From Elusimicrobiota bacterium (GTDB lineage Bacteria; Elusimicrobiota; Elusimicrobia; Elusimicrobiales; UBA9959): 49,071 bases of DNA. The position numbers and the translations under genes were made by a program. The stretch is from assembly GCA_026388125.1 (NCBI GenBank), contig JAPLKJ010000219.1:1-49071 (forward strand), written 5' to 3'. Below are positions 9,012 to 19,122 of this stretch, in pieces (position 1 is the first letter of the stretch; each line of letters starts with the position of its first letter). The notes below the pieces were generated by a model. The model made no database searches, was not told the origin of the DNA, and saw nothing but the letters and a program-made list of their open reading frames with translations.

Positions 9012-10527
9012 TTTTAACGGGCAGCTCCACGGTGAACGTGGTCTCCCCTCCCGGCCCGCTTTCCGCGCTGAGCCTGCCTTTATGGTTCTCGACGATCTCC
9101 CTGGAGATGGAAAGCCCTATCCCGGTCCCCTTCCCCTTGGGTTTTGTGGTAAAGAACGGCTCGAAGATCCTGTCCAGGTTCCCTTCCGGGATCACCGGTC
9201 CGGTATTCGTGAATTTCAGTACTATCATGTTCCCGGCCGCCGCGGCCTTTATCTGCAGCCTGCCGCCCTTGGCGGAAACCATGGCGTCCCTGGCGTTGGC
9301 GATGATGTTGAAAAAAACCTGCTGCAACTGGGCGGCGTCGCCGAAGACCGGGGGCAGCTCGCTGGGCACGTCCTGCACCACTTCCATGCCGGGAGGGAAG
9401 AAATCGAGGCTGAGAAGTTTCATCACGCCCGCCAACAGATCGTGGACGCTGACGGTTTCCCGCACGGATTCCCTTTTCCGGCTGAACAGCAGCAGATGCT
9501 GGATGAACTCCTTGCAGCGCCTGGCCTGCAGGAGTATGACCTCCAGGTCCTCCCGCTGCTGCGCGGACAGAGCGCTGTCCTTCAGCATTATCTGCGCGTA
9601 GCCCATTATGCCGGCCAGCGGGTTGTTAAGCTCGTGCGCCACCCCGGAGACCAGCTGGCCCACTACGGCCATCTTGCTCGCCTGCACCAGCCGCTCCTGG
9701 GAATCCTCCAGCTGCCGGCTCCGTTTTTCCACTTTCTGTTCCAGGGTCTGCTGGTACACCTCTATTACGTTCTTTTTATTTTTCAGGTCCTTCAGCAGCT
9801 CGTTGAAGAACCTGGTCAGCCGCCCTATTTCATCCCGGGAGCTCACCTTTACCTCCCAGGCCAGGTCGCCTTCACGCGCTTTGCGCATGCCTTCCTGCAG
9901 CAGCCCCACCGGCCTCAGCATAAGCCGCACGAAAAAGCCTGAAATTATCAGGACCGCCAGCAGGAGCAGCGCGGTCGTCAGCAAAAGCTTCGAGACAATG
10001 CCCTTTTCGGCCTTGCGCGCGGGGGCGAGGGAAAAGCCGGCCCAGATATACCCTTCGGGCGCGCCGTTCTCCGCCGCCCCGTCGAGCAGGATCTTCCCGC
10101 CGGAAGCGTCTTCGGCCGCCCTTACGGGGATAAGCGTTTCGACTATCTCCTCACCCCTATAGAGCGTCCGCCGGTAAACCGGCTCCCGGGCCGGCAGGCT
10201 CCGCACCCAGCCAAGGTCGGCCGCGGCGCCCGCCAGGAGCACGTTGGTATGCGCCTGCAGCTTCAGGTCGGGGCGCAGCAGCCCGGCGTATATCAGGGGG
10301 GTCCGCTGCTGAAAGGCGCGCAGGACCGTCAGCCCGTCGGCCTCCCTGCCGGTGGCCAGCGTTTTCCGGAAGGCTGGCAGGATCTCGGCGGCCTCCAGAG
10401 CGGCGTCATTGGCGACCTGCACGCTTATCACGTTGGAGACGGCCTGCCTGGAAAAATACAGGCTCGCCCACAGCGATACGCCGGTAAGCGCCAGTATGAA
10501 GACCAGGAATTTAGAAGATAGCTTCAT
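8998..10527 (-). CDS. Membrane sensor histidine kinase (HAMP-HisKA-HATPase, NtrB-like)
   Basis: H-box GVAHELNNPL, N-box QVFFNIIANARDA, IFEPFFTTK and GTGIGLS; start placed at MKLSSK. Confidence 0.9.
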   Translation of the reverse strand: MKLSSKFLVFILALTGVSLWASLYFSRQAVSNVISVQVANDAALEAAEILPAFRKTLATGREADGLTVLRAFQQRTPLIYAGLLRPDLKLQAHTNVLLAGAAADLGWVRSLPAREPVYRRTLYRGEEIVETLIPVRAAEDASGGKILLDGAAENGAPEGYIWAGFSLAPARKAEKGIVSKLLLTTALLLLAVLIISGFFVRLMLRPVGLLQEGMRKAREGDLAWEVKVSSRDEIGRLTRFFNELLKDLKNKKNVIEVYQQTLEQKVEKRSRQLEDSQERLVQASKMAVVGQLVSGVAHELNNPLAGIMGYAQIMLKDSALSAQQREDLEVILLQARRCKEFIQHLLLFSRKRESVRETVSVHDLLAGVMKLLSLDFFPPGMEVVQDVPSELPPVFGDAAQLQQVFFNIIANARDAMVSAKGGRLQIKAAAAGNMIVLKFTNTGPVIPEGNLDRIFEPFFTTKPKGKGTGIGLSISREIVENHKGRLSAESGPGGETTFTVELPVKNENQ

Positions 10528-10629
10528 GGAAGCGGATAACCGGCCCTTTTCAGCGTTGCGCGGGCAGCAGTGCCGGCGCGCACGCAAAAATAGCCCCCCC
10601 TCATCTTTTTTCGCTCATGCCGCAGGTTT

Positions 10630-11010
10630 TTAACGGTTAAAACTGCGCTTCAGTATCCCGGCCACCCTGGCCGTCAGCTCTTCGTTGATAAAAGGCTTGA
10701 GCACGTAGTCCTCCGCGCCGGCCGCCAGCCCCTGCACCTTGCTGTCCACCGAAGTGGCGTCGCAGGTCAGCATTACTATCGGGATATGCCGTATGCGGGA
10801 ATTTTCCTTCATTTTCGCGCACAGGTCCAGGCCGTTGCCGTCGGGCAGGTTTATGTCCATCAGCACCAGGTCAGGCAGTTCCTTAAGGCAGGCGGCCATT
10901 CCTTCGGCGGCGGTATTCACCTGCAGCACATCGTAGCCTTCCGGCGTAAAGATACGCACCAGGACTTTAGACATTATACGGTCGTCTTCTATGACAAGCA
11001 GCTTAAACAT
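10630..11010 (-). CDS. Single-domain response regulator
   Basis: LLVIEDD, MDINLPDGNG, GAEDYVLKPF. Confidence 0.88.
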   Translation of the reverse strand: MFKLLVIEDDRIMSKVLVRIFTPEGYDVLQVNTAAEGMAACLKELPDLVLMDINLPDGNGLDLCAKMKENSRIRHIPIVMLTCDATSVDSKVQGLAAGAEDYVLKPFINEELTARVAGILKRSFNR

Positions 11011-11177
11011 ATGGTCCTCCCCGCGCGCCGGGCAGCGCCGGCGGGCAAAGCCGCCGGAAAATCCCCCAAAAAAACGTCCCTTCCTTTATATAGTACCAAA
11101 GTGGAAACGTTTTATGAAATCCCTTTAAGGTTCTCCCGCCCCCGGACCCGGCCGCGCGGCCGCGCCAAAGATTCTTG

Positions 11178-11228
11178 TTGACAAGCCTGGCGGGGATATG
11201 GTAAAAAATGAATACTGAATCACTATTC
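11178..11228 (+). promoter_or_regulatory. Sigma70 promoter with downstream palindromic TetR-type operator
   Basis: TTGACA at 11178, extended -10 TGgTAAAAA at 11199-11207, palindrome GAATAcTGA-A-TCAcTATTC at 11210-11228. Confidence 0.65.
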
Positions 11229-11315
11229 GCTTTATTGAGCCCGGCAGGCGCCGCGCGGAGAACAGGGCGGCCACGGCGGAGAAAAGCGTAAAAAATAAAC
11301 GGAGGGCAGAACAAA

Positions 11316-12059
11316 ATGGAAAAGAAAACAGCTGTAGTAACCGGGGCGGCCAGGGGTCTGGGACGGGCCGGGGCGGAAAGGTTCCTTGAAGCGGGCGACT
11401 GGAAAGTGGCCCTGCTGGACGTGAACGAAGAATCGCTGGCGAAGACCGCCGCGGAGCTGGCGGAAAAGTACGGCGCCGAGAACGTGGCGCATTTCACCGT
11501 GAACGTGACCTCGAAAGAATCGGTGGGCAACACCATGCAGGCCGTGCTGGCCAAGTTCGGCCGCATAGATACCCTTATAAACAACGCCGGCATCACCCGC
11601 GACGCCATGATGCACAAGATGATCGAAAGCGACTGGGACCTGGTGCTGGACGTGAACCTGAAAGGCGCGTTCCTGTGCGCCACCGCGGTAGCCCCCCACA
11701 TGAAAGAAAGGAAATCGGGCACCATCGTCAACACCTCCTCCGTGGTAGGCGTTTACGGCAACATGGGCCAGAGCAACTACGCGGCCTCCAAGTTCGGCAT
11801 CATCGGCCTTACCAAGACCTGGGCCAAGGAGCTGGGCCGTGACGGCATACGGGTCAACGCGGTAGCCCCCGGCTACACCATGACCGAGATGCTCGAGACC
11901 GTGCCGGAGAAGATCCTCACCGCCATCTCCGACAAGACCCCCCTTAAAAGGCTGGGCAACCCCAGGGATATAGCTAATTCTTATTATTTCCTTTCTTCCG
12001 ACCAGTCCGCCTTCATAACCGGGCAGGTCCTGTCCGTGGACGGAGGCCTGGTAATCTAA
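11316..12059 (+). CDS. 3-oxoacyl-ACP/acetoacetyl-CoA reductase (FabG/PhaB-like SDR)
   Basis: TGAARGLG, NNAGITRD, YAASK, VNAVAPG. Confidence 0.88.
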   Translation: MEKKTAVVTGAARGLGRAGAERFLEAGDWKVALLDVNEESLAKTAAELAEKYGAENVAHFTVNVTSKESVGNTMQAVLAKFGRIDTLINNAGITRDAMMHKMIESDWDLVLDVNLKGAFLCATAVAPHMKERKSGTIVNTSSVVGVYGNMGQSNYAASKFGIIGLTKTWAKELGRDGIRVNAVAPGYTMTEMLETVPEKILTAISDKTPLKRLGNPRDIANSYYFLSSDQSAFITGQVLSVDGGLVI

Positions 12060-13255
12060 TGCCCGCAGCCCCTTCCACGCCGAAAGGCCAGAAGACCCGC
12101 GAGAGGATAATCAGTACCTCCGGCGAAGTTTTCTCGAAAGCCGGCTACGGCCTGACCGGGGTCGCGGACATCTGCGCGGCCTCGGAAATTGCCGTGGGCG
12201 GCTTTTACCGGTATTTCTCCGGCAAGGAAGAGGTGCTGGCGGCCGTGGTGGCCAGCCTGGAGGCCCGGCTGACCGCCGAGGTCGCCGGGCTGCCGCCCGC
12301 CGCCGACCTGCGGTCAGAGATAGCCGCCGTAGCCGGGCTTTATTTCCGGTTCGTGGCGGAGAACAAGGATTTCTACCAGGTAATGCGCGAAGCCGAGTTC
12401 GCCTGCGAGCGGGTGTCGAAGAAGTTCTACGGCTCCTTCGCCTCCGCCATCCTCGCGCGGCTCGCCAAATACGGCGCCGGCAAAGACGAGGCGGCGGTGT
12501 ACGCGCTGATAGGCATACTTTCTTTCGTGGGCGTGAAGAACCTCCTCTGGCAGAAAAGGCCCGTGCCCGCCGGGACGGCGGCGGCGGCCGCCGAAGTGTT
12601 CCTCAACGGCGTCAGCCGCGTAACGCCCGACTTCGCCGCGCTGGTGAAGAAGGCCGCTGCGCTTAAAAAAGCGCCGCAGCCGAAAGCGGCGAAGAACACC
12701 GCTGCGCGCCTGCTGGCCTCGGCCGAGGTGGTGTTCGGCCGCCTGGGTTACGGCCCGGCCCATATTTCCGAGATAACGAAGCACGCCGGCTACGCGGCCG
12801 GCACTTTTTACACCTGCTTCAAGTCGAAGAAAGAGGCGCTGGACCAGCTGGTGATAAAGCTGAGGAACGAGCTGGTGGCTAAGGCCGCGGCGTATTCCAA
12901 AGGATCGGGTTCCAGGACCGAGACCGAAGTGCTGGCCTTCATCGCCCTCTTCGATTTCATAGCCGAACATCCCTATGGCTACAGCATCATGCGCGAGGCC
13001 GAGTTCGTGGACTTTAAGCTGGCCGAGGATTACTACATCTACATCCTCAACGGCTACACGGCCGGCATGCGCGCCTACGCCCGCCCGGGCGAGTTCGCGC
13101 TCAACGACCACGAAACGCTGTCGCTGATGATGATGGGCATGGGGCATATGCTGGGGCTTAAGTACGCGCTGTGGAGCGCGAAGAACCCCGGCAGCAAAGA
13201 AATAGAAAACCTGCTGCGGCGGGTGTTCTCGGGTTTCAAAAAAACTAAAAAATAA
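12059..13255 (+). CDS. Tandem (double) TetR/AcrR-family regulator
   Basis: Two HTH motifs (GGFYRYFSGKEE and GTFYTCFKSKKE); TAATG overlap with the upstream SDR gene. Confidence 0.85.
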   Translation: MPAAPSTPKGQKTRERIISTSGEVFSKAGYGLTGVADICAASEIAVGGFYRYFSGKEEVLAAVVASLEARLTAEVAGLPPAADLRSEIAAVAGLYFRFVAENKDFYQVMREAEFACERVSKKFYGSFASAILARLAKYGAGKDEAAVYALIGILSFVGVKNLLWQKRPVPAGTAAAAAEVFLNGVSRVTPDFAALVKKAAALKKAPQPKAAKNTAARLLASAEVVFGRLGYGPAHISEITKHAGYAAGTFYTCFKSKKEALDQLVIKLRNELVAKAAAYSKGSGSRTETEVLAFIALFDFIAEHPYGYSIMREAEFVDFKLAEDYYIYILNGYTAGMRAYARPGEFALNDHETLSLMMMGMGHMLGLKYALWSAKNPGSKEIENLLRRVFSGFKKTKK

Positions 13256-13270
13256 ACGGAGGGTTAACGT

Positions 13271-14245
13271 ATGTTCAAAATAGTATCTACCGGGATGTAT
13301 CTTCCCAAAAACCTGGTGACCAACGAGGATATGTACAAGAAATTCGGCAGCGACCCGCTCAGGAAGGTCTTCGAGCGCATCGGCCACGGCGCCCGCTATT
13401 ACTCGGACAAGGAAGAATCCTCCGCCACGCTGGCCATCAATGCCGGCCGCCAGGCGCTGGAGAATTCCAACCTGAAGCCCGGGGACATAGACCTCCTTAT
13501 AATCTCCACCGATACTCCCTCCCAGCTTTCCCCCGCCACCGCGGCGCAGGTAGGCCACGAACTGGGCATCAAGAGCGCCGGCGCGTTCGACGTGAACTGC
13601 GCCTGCGCGGGCTTCGTCACCGCCGTGGACATGGCGGCCAAGTACCTCAACGGCAAAGAATACAGGAACGCCATGGTGATAGGCACCTACGCCATGAGCA
13701 AGCACCTGGACCACGACGACGGCAACACCTCCATCCTGTTCGGCGACGGCGCCGGCGCTTTCATCATGAGCTACTGCCTGGAGAAAGGCAAATCGGCCTC
13801 CACCCTTAAATCCGACGGCTCCTACTGGGATTTCATGGGCATCTACGGCGGCGGCACCATGATGCCGGTGGACGAAAAAGTGCTGATAGAGCGCACCCAC
13901 AAAGTTAAGGTCCCGAAAAAATTCCCCGCCACGCTCAACTCCGAAGAGTGGCCCCCGCTCATCGAAAAGACCCTGGCGAAGCTCGCGCTCAAGCCCAAGG
14001 ACGTGGACGCCTACGTCTTCACGCAGATCAGGAAGCCCACCATCGTGGAAGTGATGGAGAAGTTCAACATCCCGATGGAAAAAACCCACACGATAATGGA
14101 AAAATGGGGCTACACCGGCTCGGCCTGCGTGCCCATGGCGTTCCACGACATGGCGGCCCAGGGCAAAGTGAAGCGCGGCGACCGCGTGCTGCTGTGCGCC
14201 TCCGGCGGCGGCTACTCGATGGCCTGCATGACCTTCAGATATTAA
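13271..14245 (+). CDS. FabH-like (KAS III fold) enzyme with non-canonical active site
   Basis: FDVNCACAGF and LFGDGAGA present; FTQIR replaces PHQAN and GYTGSA replaces GNTSAA. Confidence 0.85.
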   Translation: MFKIVSTGMYLPKNLVTNEDMYKKFGSDPLRKVFERIGHGARYYSDKEESSATLAINAGRQALENSNLKPGDIDLLIISTDTPSQLSPATAAQVGHELGIKSAGAFDVNCACAGFVTAVDMAAKYLNGKEYRNAMVIGTYAMSKHLDHDDGNTSILFGDGAGAFIMSYCLEKGKSASTLKSDGSYWDFMGIYGGGTMMPVDEKVLIERTHKVKVPKKFPATLNSEEWPPLIEKTLAKLALKPKDVDAYVFTQIRKPTIVEVMEKFNIPMEKTHTIMEKWGYTGSACVPMAFHDMAAQGKVKRGDRVLLCASGGGYSMACMTFRY

Positions 14246-15486
14246 ATGGAGACCGTGATGACGCGTACCATACAGCCCGCCCCCGCCGCCCACGCGGCGG
14301 GCGCGGGGGCGGGGGTCTACAAGAGCAAGCTCATAAGCATAGACGAGGCCGTGTCGAAGATACGGTCCGACCAGGACGTGGTGGTGGCGCAATGCGCCTC
14401 CGAGCCGCAGGGCCTGATGTCCCGGTTCCACACCGCGGCGGCGGAGAACGTGCGCGTGTTCTCCGTGCTGACGCTGAAGCCCTATGACTTCTACATGCGG
14501 CCCGACATGAAAGGGCGGTTCGAGCTGTGCAGCTGGTTCCATGCCCCCGGCTCTCGCGCGGCGCTCAAGAACGGCACCGGCACGGTGACTTTCGTGCCCA
14601 ACATGCTGCACCGCGCCGCGCTGGACCGCATCCAGGCCCGGCGGCCGGACGTGTTCTTCGGCACCTGCACGCCGCCCGACAGGAACGGCTTCGTTTCGCT
14701 GTCTTTGGGCATCACCTACGAAAAAGAGATCCTCGAAGCGGCGAAGCTGGTTATTCTGGAAGTGAACCGCAACCTCCCCCTCACCTTCGGGGACACCCAC
14801 CTGCACGTGAGCGCGGTGGATAATTTCGTGGAGCACACGCAGGAAGTGCCCACGCTGCCCGCGGCGTCCCCGGACGCCACGGAGCTGGCCATCGGCGGCT
14901 ACATCGGCGAGCTGGTGCCGGATGAAGCCACCATCCAGCTGGGCATCGGCGGCATCCCCAACGCCGCGGCGCTGGCGCTGAAAGGCAAGAAGGACCTGGG
15001 CGTGCACACCGAGATGATGGTGGATTCCATGATGGAGCTTTACGAGTGCGGGGCCATCACCAACCGCAAAAAAGCGCTGGTGAAAGACAAGTTCGTCTGC
15101 ACCTTCGCCATGGGCTCGCGCAAACTCTACGACTGGCTGGACGGCAACGTGGCCGTGGAGTTCCGGCGCGGCAGCTGGGTGAACGACCCCGCCGTGATAC
15201 GGCGCAACTCCAAGATGGTTTCCGTGAACACCTGCCTTACGGTGGACCTCACCGGCCAGGTGGCCAGCGAGACCATCGGCACCACGCAGTATTCCGGCAC
15301 CGGCGGCCAGACCGACACGGCCGTGGGCGCGAAAGAGGCCTACGACGGGCTGGGCAAGTCCGTGATAGCCTGACGCGGCTGCGCGGCCGCACGGTGCGCG
15401 AGCGCGCCCAGAACCTGATAGCGGTGGCGCACCCGGATTTCCGGGCGGAGCTCAGGGCGCAGGCGGCCAAGCTCGGGTATATCTGA
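14246..15486 (+). pseudogene. Acetyl-CoA hydrolase/4-hydroxybutyrate CoA-transferase (Cat2-like), disrupted by an internal deletion and frameshift
   Basis: QLGIGGIP, LGVHTEM and SGTGGQTD present; stop after KSVIA at 15371-15373; the family C-terminus RLRGRTVRERAQNLIAVAHPDFR resumes in another frame to 15486; the ST...IVP...VVTEYG segment is missing. Confidence 0.8.
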
Positions 15487-15528
15487 CAGTTTTGGGTTGG
15501 TATAAAAAAATTAACGGAGGAGAATAAA

Positions 15529-16710
15529 ATGAAAGAAGTTTTTATAGTTGACGGCGTTCGGACGGCTATCGGCAATTTCGGCGGCACGCTGGCGGACTTC
15601 AGCTCGGTGGAGCTCGGCAAAGTGGCCGGCAAAGCCCTGCTGGAGCGGACCCACACCGACCCCGCGCAGGTGGACGAGGCGCTGTTCGGCAGCATCTACC
15701 AGGCCGGCTGCGGCCAGAACATAGCCCGGCAGATAGCCATGGGCATCGGGATGCCGAACGAAAAGACGGCCCTTACCCTTAACATGCTGTGCGGCTCCGG
15801 GCTGCGCACCGTGGCTATGGCGGCGCAGCAGATAAAGTGCGGCGACGCCGAACTGATCATAGCCGGCGGCGCCGAGTCCATGACCAACGCGCCCTACCTG
15901 CTTAAGAAAGCGCGCGCGGGCTACAAGATGGGCCACGGCGAAATGCTGGACTCGCTGATCTACGACGGCCTTACCGATATCTTCAATAATTACCACATGG
16001 GCGTGACGGCCGAGAACCTGGTGACCCAGTACGGCCTCACCCGCGAACAGCAGGACAATTTCGCCGCGGCTTCGCAGAACAAGGCCGAGAAAGCCCAGGC
16101 CGCCGACCGCTTCAAGGAAGAGATCGCCCCCGTGGCCATAACGGACCGGAAAGGCAACACCACGTATTTCGCCAAGGACGAATTCCCCAAAGCCGGCATC
16201 ACCGCGGAGAAGCTTTCGAAGCTGCGCCCCGCCTTCAAGAAGGACGGCACCGTTACCGCCGCCAACGCCTCGGGCATCAACGACGCGGCCGCCTGCGTGC
16301 TGGTGGCCTCGGCCGACGCGGTGAAGAAACACGGCTACAAGCCGATGGCGAAGATAGTTTCCTACGGCTGGGCCGGCACCGACCCCGCCATCATGGGCAT
16401 CGGCCCGGTGGAAGCCGTAAAGCTGGCCCTCTCCCGCGCCGGCTGGCAGATGAAGGACGTGGAGCTGATCGAGGCCAACGAAGCTTTCGCCGCGCAGTCG
16501 CTGGCGGTGTCCAAGGACCTCGGCTTCAACCCCGACCTCGTGAACGTCAACGGCGGCGCGATAGCCCTCGGCCATCCCGTGGGCGCCAGCGGCGCCAGGA
16601 TCCTGGTGACGCTCATCCACGAAATGAAAAAACGCGGCGTAAAAAAAGGCCTGGCCACGCTGTGCGTGGGCGGCGGCATGGGCATAGCCATGTGCGTGGA
16701 AGCGGTATAA
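15529..16710 (+). CDS. atoB: Acetyl-CoA C-acetyltransferase (thiolase)
   Basis: [25 protein letters not shown]. Confidence 0.9.
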   Translation: MKEVFIVDGVRTAIGNFGGTLADFSSVELGKVAGKALLERTHTDPAQVDEALFGSIYQAGCGQNIARQIAMGIGMPNEKTALTLNMLCGSGLRTVAMAAQQIKCGDAELIIAGGAESMTNAPYLLKKARAGYKMGHGEMLDSLIYDGLTDIFNNYHMGVTAENLVTQYGLTREQQDNFAAASQNKAEKAQAADRFKEEIAPVAITDRKGNTTYFAKDEFPKAGITAEKLSKLRPAFKKDGTVTAANASGINDAAACVLVASADAVKKHGYKPMAKIVSYGWAGTDPAIMGIGPVEAVKLALSRAGWQMKDVELIEANEAFAAQSLAVSKDLGFNPDLVNVNGGAIALGHPVGASGARILVTLIHEMKKRGVKKGLATLCVGGGMGIAMCVEAV

Positions 16711-16733
16711 GAACGGTACTGCCGGCTACCCCG

Positions 16734-17747
16734 ATGACCGCTGTGAAGAACAGGGACCTTACGGCGCTGACGCCGGAACTGCGCGAATATTTTCTGCGCG
16801 CGGTTTCGGCGCCGCCGCCGGCGGCCGACCAGCTGGGCGAGGCGCTGGCGGTCTCCAAAGCTTTCCTGGCGGCGGCGGCCGCCCGCGCGGGCGCTTTCCA
16901 GGCCATGCGCGACGCCGAGACGGACGAAGCGCTGGCCCGCGATTTCTACGACCCGCTGGCCGACGCTATAGCCCTGCGGCTGGCCCGCTTTACCGCCGGC
17001 CGGCGCGCGCCGGTGCACGCCTGGGCGCTGCTGGGCGCTTTATATTTTTACGCGGTTAAATTTTTAGTATGGGATAAGGCGGCGGTGCCGCCCGGCGCGG
17101 CCGTTGCGGCGGCCAGCCTTTGCGCCAAAGGCATCAGCAGGCGCCCTTTCCCCTGGTGGGGACCCGCCGCCACCGGCCCGTCGCACGCCGTGCCCGCCCC
17201 GGGCGACACGCGCGGCAGGATGCTGGCCGCGGCCGAAGAAAGCTTCGGGCGCAGCGGCTACAACGCCACGCTGGTCTCGGACATCGCCAGGAAGGCCGGC
17301 GTCTCGGCCGGGAATTTCTATCTTTTTTTCGGCTCCAAGCAGAAAGCCCTTGAAACGGTGGTGACGCGCCTGCGCGACAGCCTGGTGAAAAAAGCCGCCG
17401 CTTATTCCGCCGGCGCGGGCTCCCGCGTGGAAACCGAGGCCATGTCCTTCTGGGCGCTGTTCGACTTCATACAGGAGCACCCGCACGGCTACCGCATAAT
17501 GCGCGAGGCGGAGACCGCCGACCGGGAACTGGCCGACGCCTACTACGGCGAAATTTTCAGGAACTACGCTGGTCAGCTGAGCCGCGCGGGAGAGGAAGAG
17601 TTCACGATAAAGGACCACGAACTGCTGGCCCTGGCCCTGATGGGCGCCGGGCATATGCTGGGCATGAAGCGCGTGCTGCGCGGGGGCTTGCGCGGCATAA
17701 CCGACAACGAACTTTTAAAAGCTGTCTTCGAGGGCGTCAGGGAATAA
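16734..17747 (+). CDS. TetR-family regulator, paralog of 12059..13255 with degenerate N-terminal half
   Basis: HTH GVSAGNFYLFFGSKQ; ALFDFIQEHPHGYRIMREAE closely matches the first TetR; no N-terminal HTH; start uncertain. Confidence 0.7.
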   Translation: MTAVKNRDLTALTPELREYFLRAVSAPPPAADQLGEALAVSKAFLAAAAARAGAFQAMRDAETDEALARDFYDPLADAIALRLARFTAGRRAPVHAWALLGALYFYAVKFLVWDKAAVPPGAAVAAASLCAKGISRRPFPWWGPAATGPSHAVPAPGDTRGRMLAAAEESFGRSGYNATLVSDIARKAGVSAGNFYLFFGSKQKALETVVTRLRDSLVKKAAAYSAGAGSRVETEAMSFWALFDFIQEHPHGYRIMREAETADRELADAYYGEIFRNYAGQLSRAGEEEFTIKDHELLALALMGAGHMLGMKRVLRGGLRGITDNELLKAVFEGVRE

Positions 17748-17816
17748 AAAGCGCGGCACCCAGTATTTATAAATAAACTCCCCCGGCGCACTTATAATAT
17801 GATAGGATATTGACCA

Positions 17817-19112
17817 ATGACAAAGTCCTCTATAACTTTTTTCGCCCTTCTCCTGACCGCGCTGTCACCCGGCGCCGGCGCCGCTAAAGCGCTGGAACAA
17901 CTGCCGGGCCAAGCCCCGGACATAAAGATATCCGAAGTTTCCTCCCCCATGCCCGTTCCCTCGGTCAGGGCCGCCGGCCTCGCTCTGGTCCGTTCCATCC
18001 AGTCGAAATACTGGGAGCGCATAGAGTGCTACCAGGACACGGCCCGCCCTTTCGCGATAGAGAGCGCGCTGAACAAATCGCGCCACGAGAACCCGGAAGT
18101 AGTAGCGGCTTTCGGCTCCGCCATGCCGGCGGCCTCCACTTTTCTGCTGCATTACGGCCCGCGCTGGAGCACCAACACGGGCAAAACTGTGATACTGGCG
18201 CACGGCGCTTCAGACAACGCCACCCGCGCCTGGGCCGCCCCGCTCATGATGATGGGCGACGCCAACGCGCCCGGCCTGCTGCAGGCGCTGGAAGCGAAGA
18301 ACTACAGGGTTTTCGCGGTGACTTTCCCGCATAAGCACGGCAGCCTGTTCTACGAGGAGCAGTACCTGGCCGACGCCATCGAGCTGGCCCGGCAGGCCAC
18401 CGGCGCGAACAAAGTTATACTCATCGGCCACAGCGCCGGCGGGCTGGCCGCCAGGGCTTACGTTTCCAGCTACCGCCTGCTCGGCGCGTGGACCTCGTAC
18501 CGCAACGACGTGGAACAGCTGATAACGCTGGCCACCCCGCACCGCGGGCAGGACTTCGCTTTCCGCCATCCCGAGTTCAATTATTTCTTCATGAAGGACG
18601 ACATGGCCGCCAACGCGCCCATGAGCTGGGACAAGGTCCTGGCCTACGGCACCTGGCAGGACACCTTCGAGTTCAGTATCTACAGCGACAATTTCCCGAT
18701 GCAGCAGCAGGTGCTGTACAACTGGACCGGCAAGTATCCCGTCAACGCGATGTCGCCTGACAATGTTACCACCATGGCCGGCGGGCAGGGCTTCGTAAGC
18801 CACTCGCTGGGCATCAACAGCGCCATGATGAAAGGCGGTAATTTCATGGCCACTTTCAAGGCGTACCCGGTGCCGGCCGATATTTCCGTTACCGTGATAG
18901 CCGGCAACAACAATAAGATAGACGGCGTCCCGCAGACCGAGAGCGATGGCCCCTCCGACGGGCTGGTGTTCCTGGAAAGCGCCAGCCATACCGCCGACCT
19001 CACCAGCCCGGCCCGCAAAGAGCCCATCAATAAATTGATAGTGAACGAGAACCACCTGACCATGACCTACAGCCCGGCCATGATGAAAATGATCCCCGGC
19101 CTGTTGAAATAA
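17817..19112 (+). CDS. Secreted alpha/beta hydrolase (lipase/esterase, PGAP1-like)
   Basis: Signal peptide, LAHG oxyanion loop, GHSAGG nucleophile elbow, ATPHRG, SDGLV, C-terminal NH. Confidence 0.85.
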   Translation: MTKSSITFFALLLTALSPGAGAAKALEQLPGQAPDIKISEVSSPMPVPSVRAAGLALVRSIQSKYWERIECYQDTARPFAIESALNKSRHENPEVVAAFGSAMPAASTFLLHYGPRWSTNTGKTVILAHGASDNATRAWAAPLMMMGDANAPGLLQALEAKNYRVFAVTFPHKHGSLFYEEQYLADAIELARQATGANKVILIGHSAGGLAARAYVSSYRLLGAWTSYRNDVEQLITLATPHRGQDFAFRHPEFNYFFMKDDMAANAPMSWDKVLAYGTWQDTFEFSIYSDNFPMQQQVLYNWTGKYPVNAMSPDNVTTMAGGQGFVSHSLGINSAMMKGGNFMATFKAYPVPADISVTVIAGNNNKIDGVPQTESDGPSDGLVFLESASHTADLTSPARKEPINKLIVNENHLTMTYSPAMMKMIPGLLK

Positions 19113-19122
19113 GAAGCTGCGG

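Noticed and set aside
12314-15007. 897-aa minus-strand ORF and similar long antisense ORFs (1319..2740, 6252..7517, 19417..20931, 23806..25047)
   Set aside because: They are shadows of well-supported genes on the opposite strand in GC-rich DNA and contain no recognisable motifs.
15371-15373. Selenocysteine or stop read-through at the TGA in the CoA-transferase
   Set aside because: In-frame read-through gives non-homologous RGCAAARCASAPRT*; the conserved tail is in another frame and a segment is missing.
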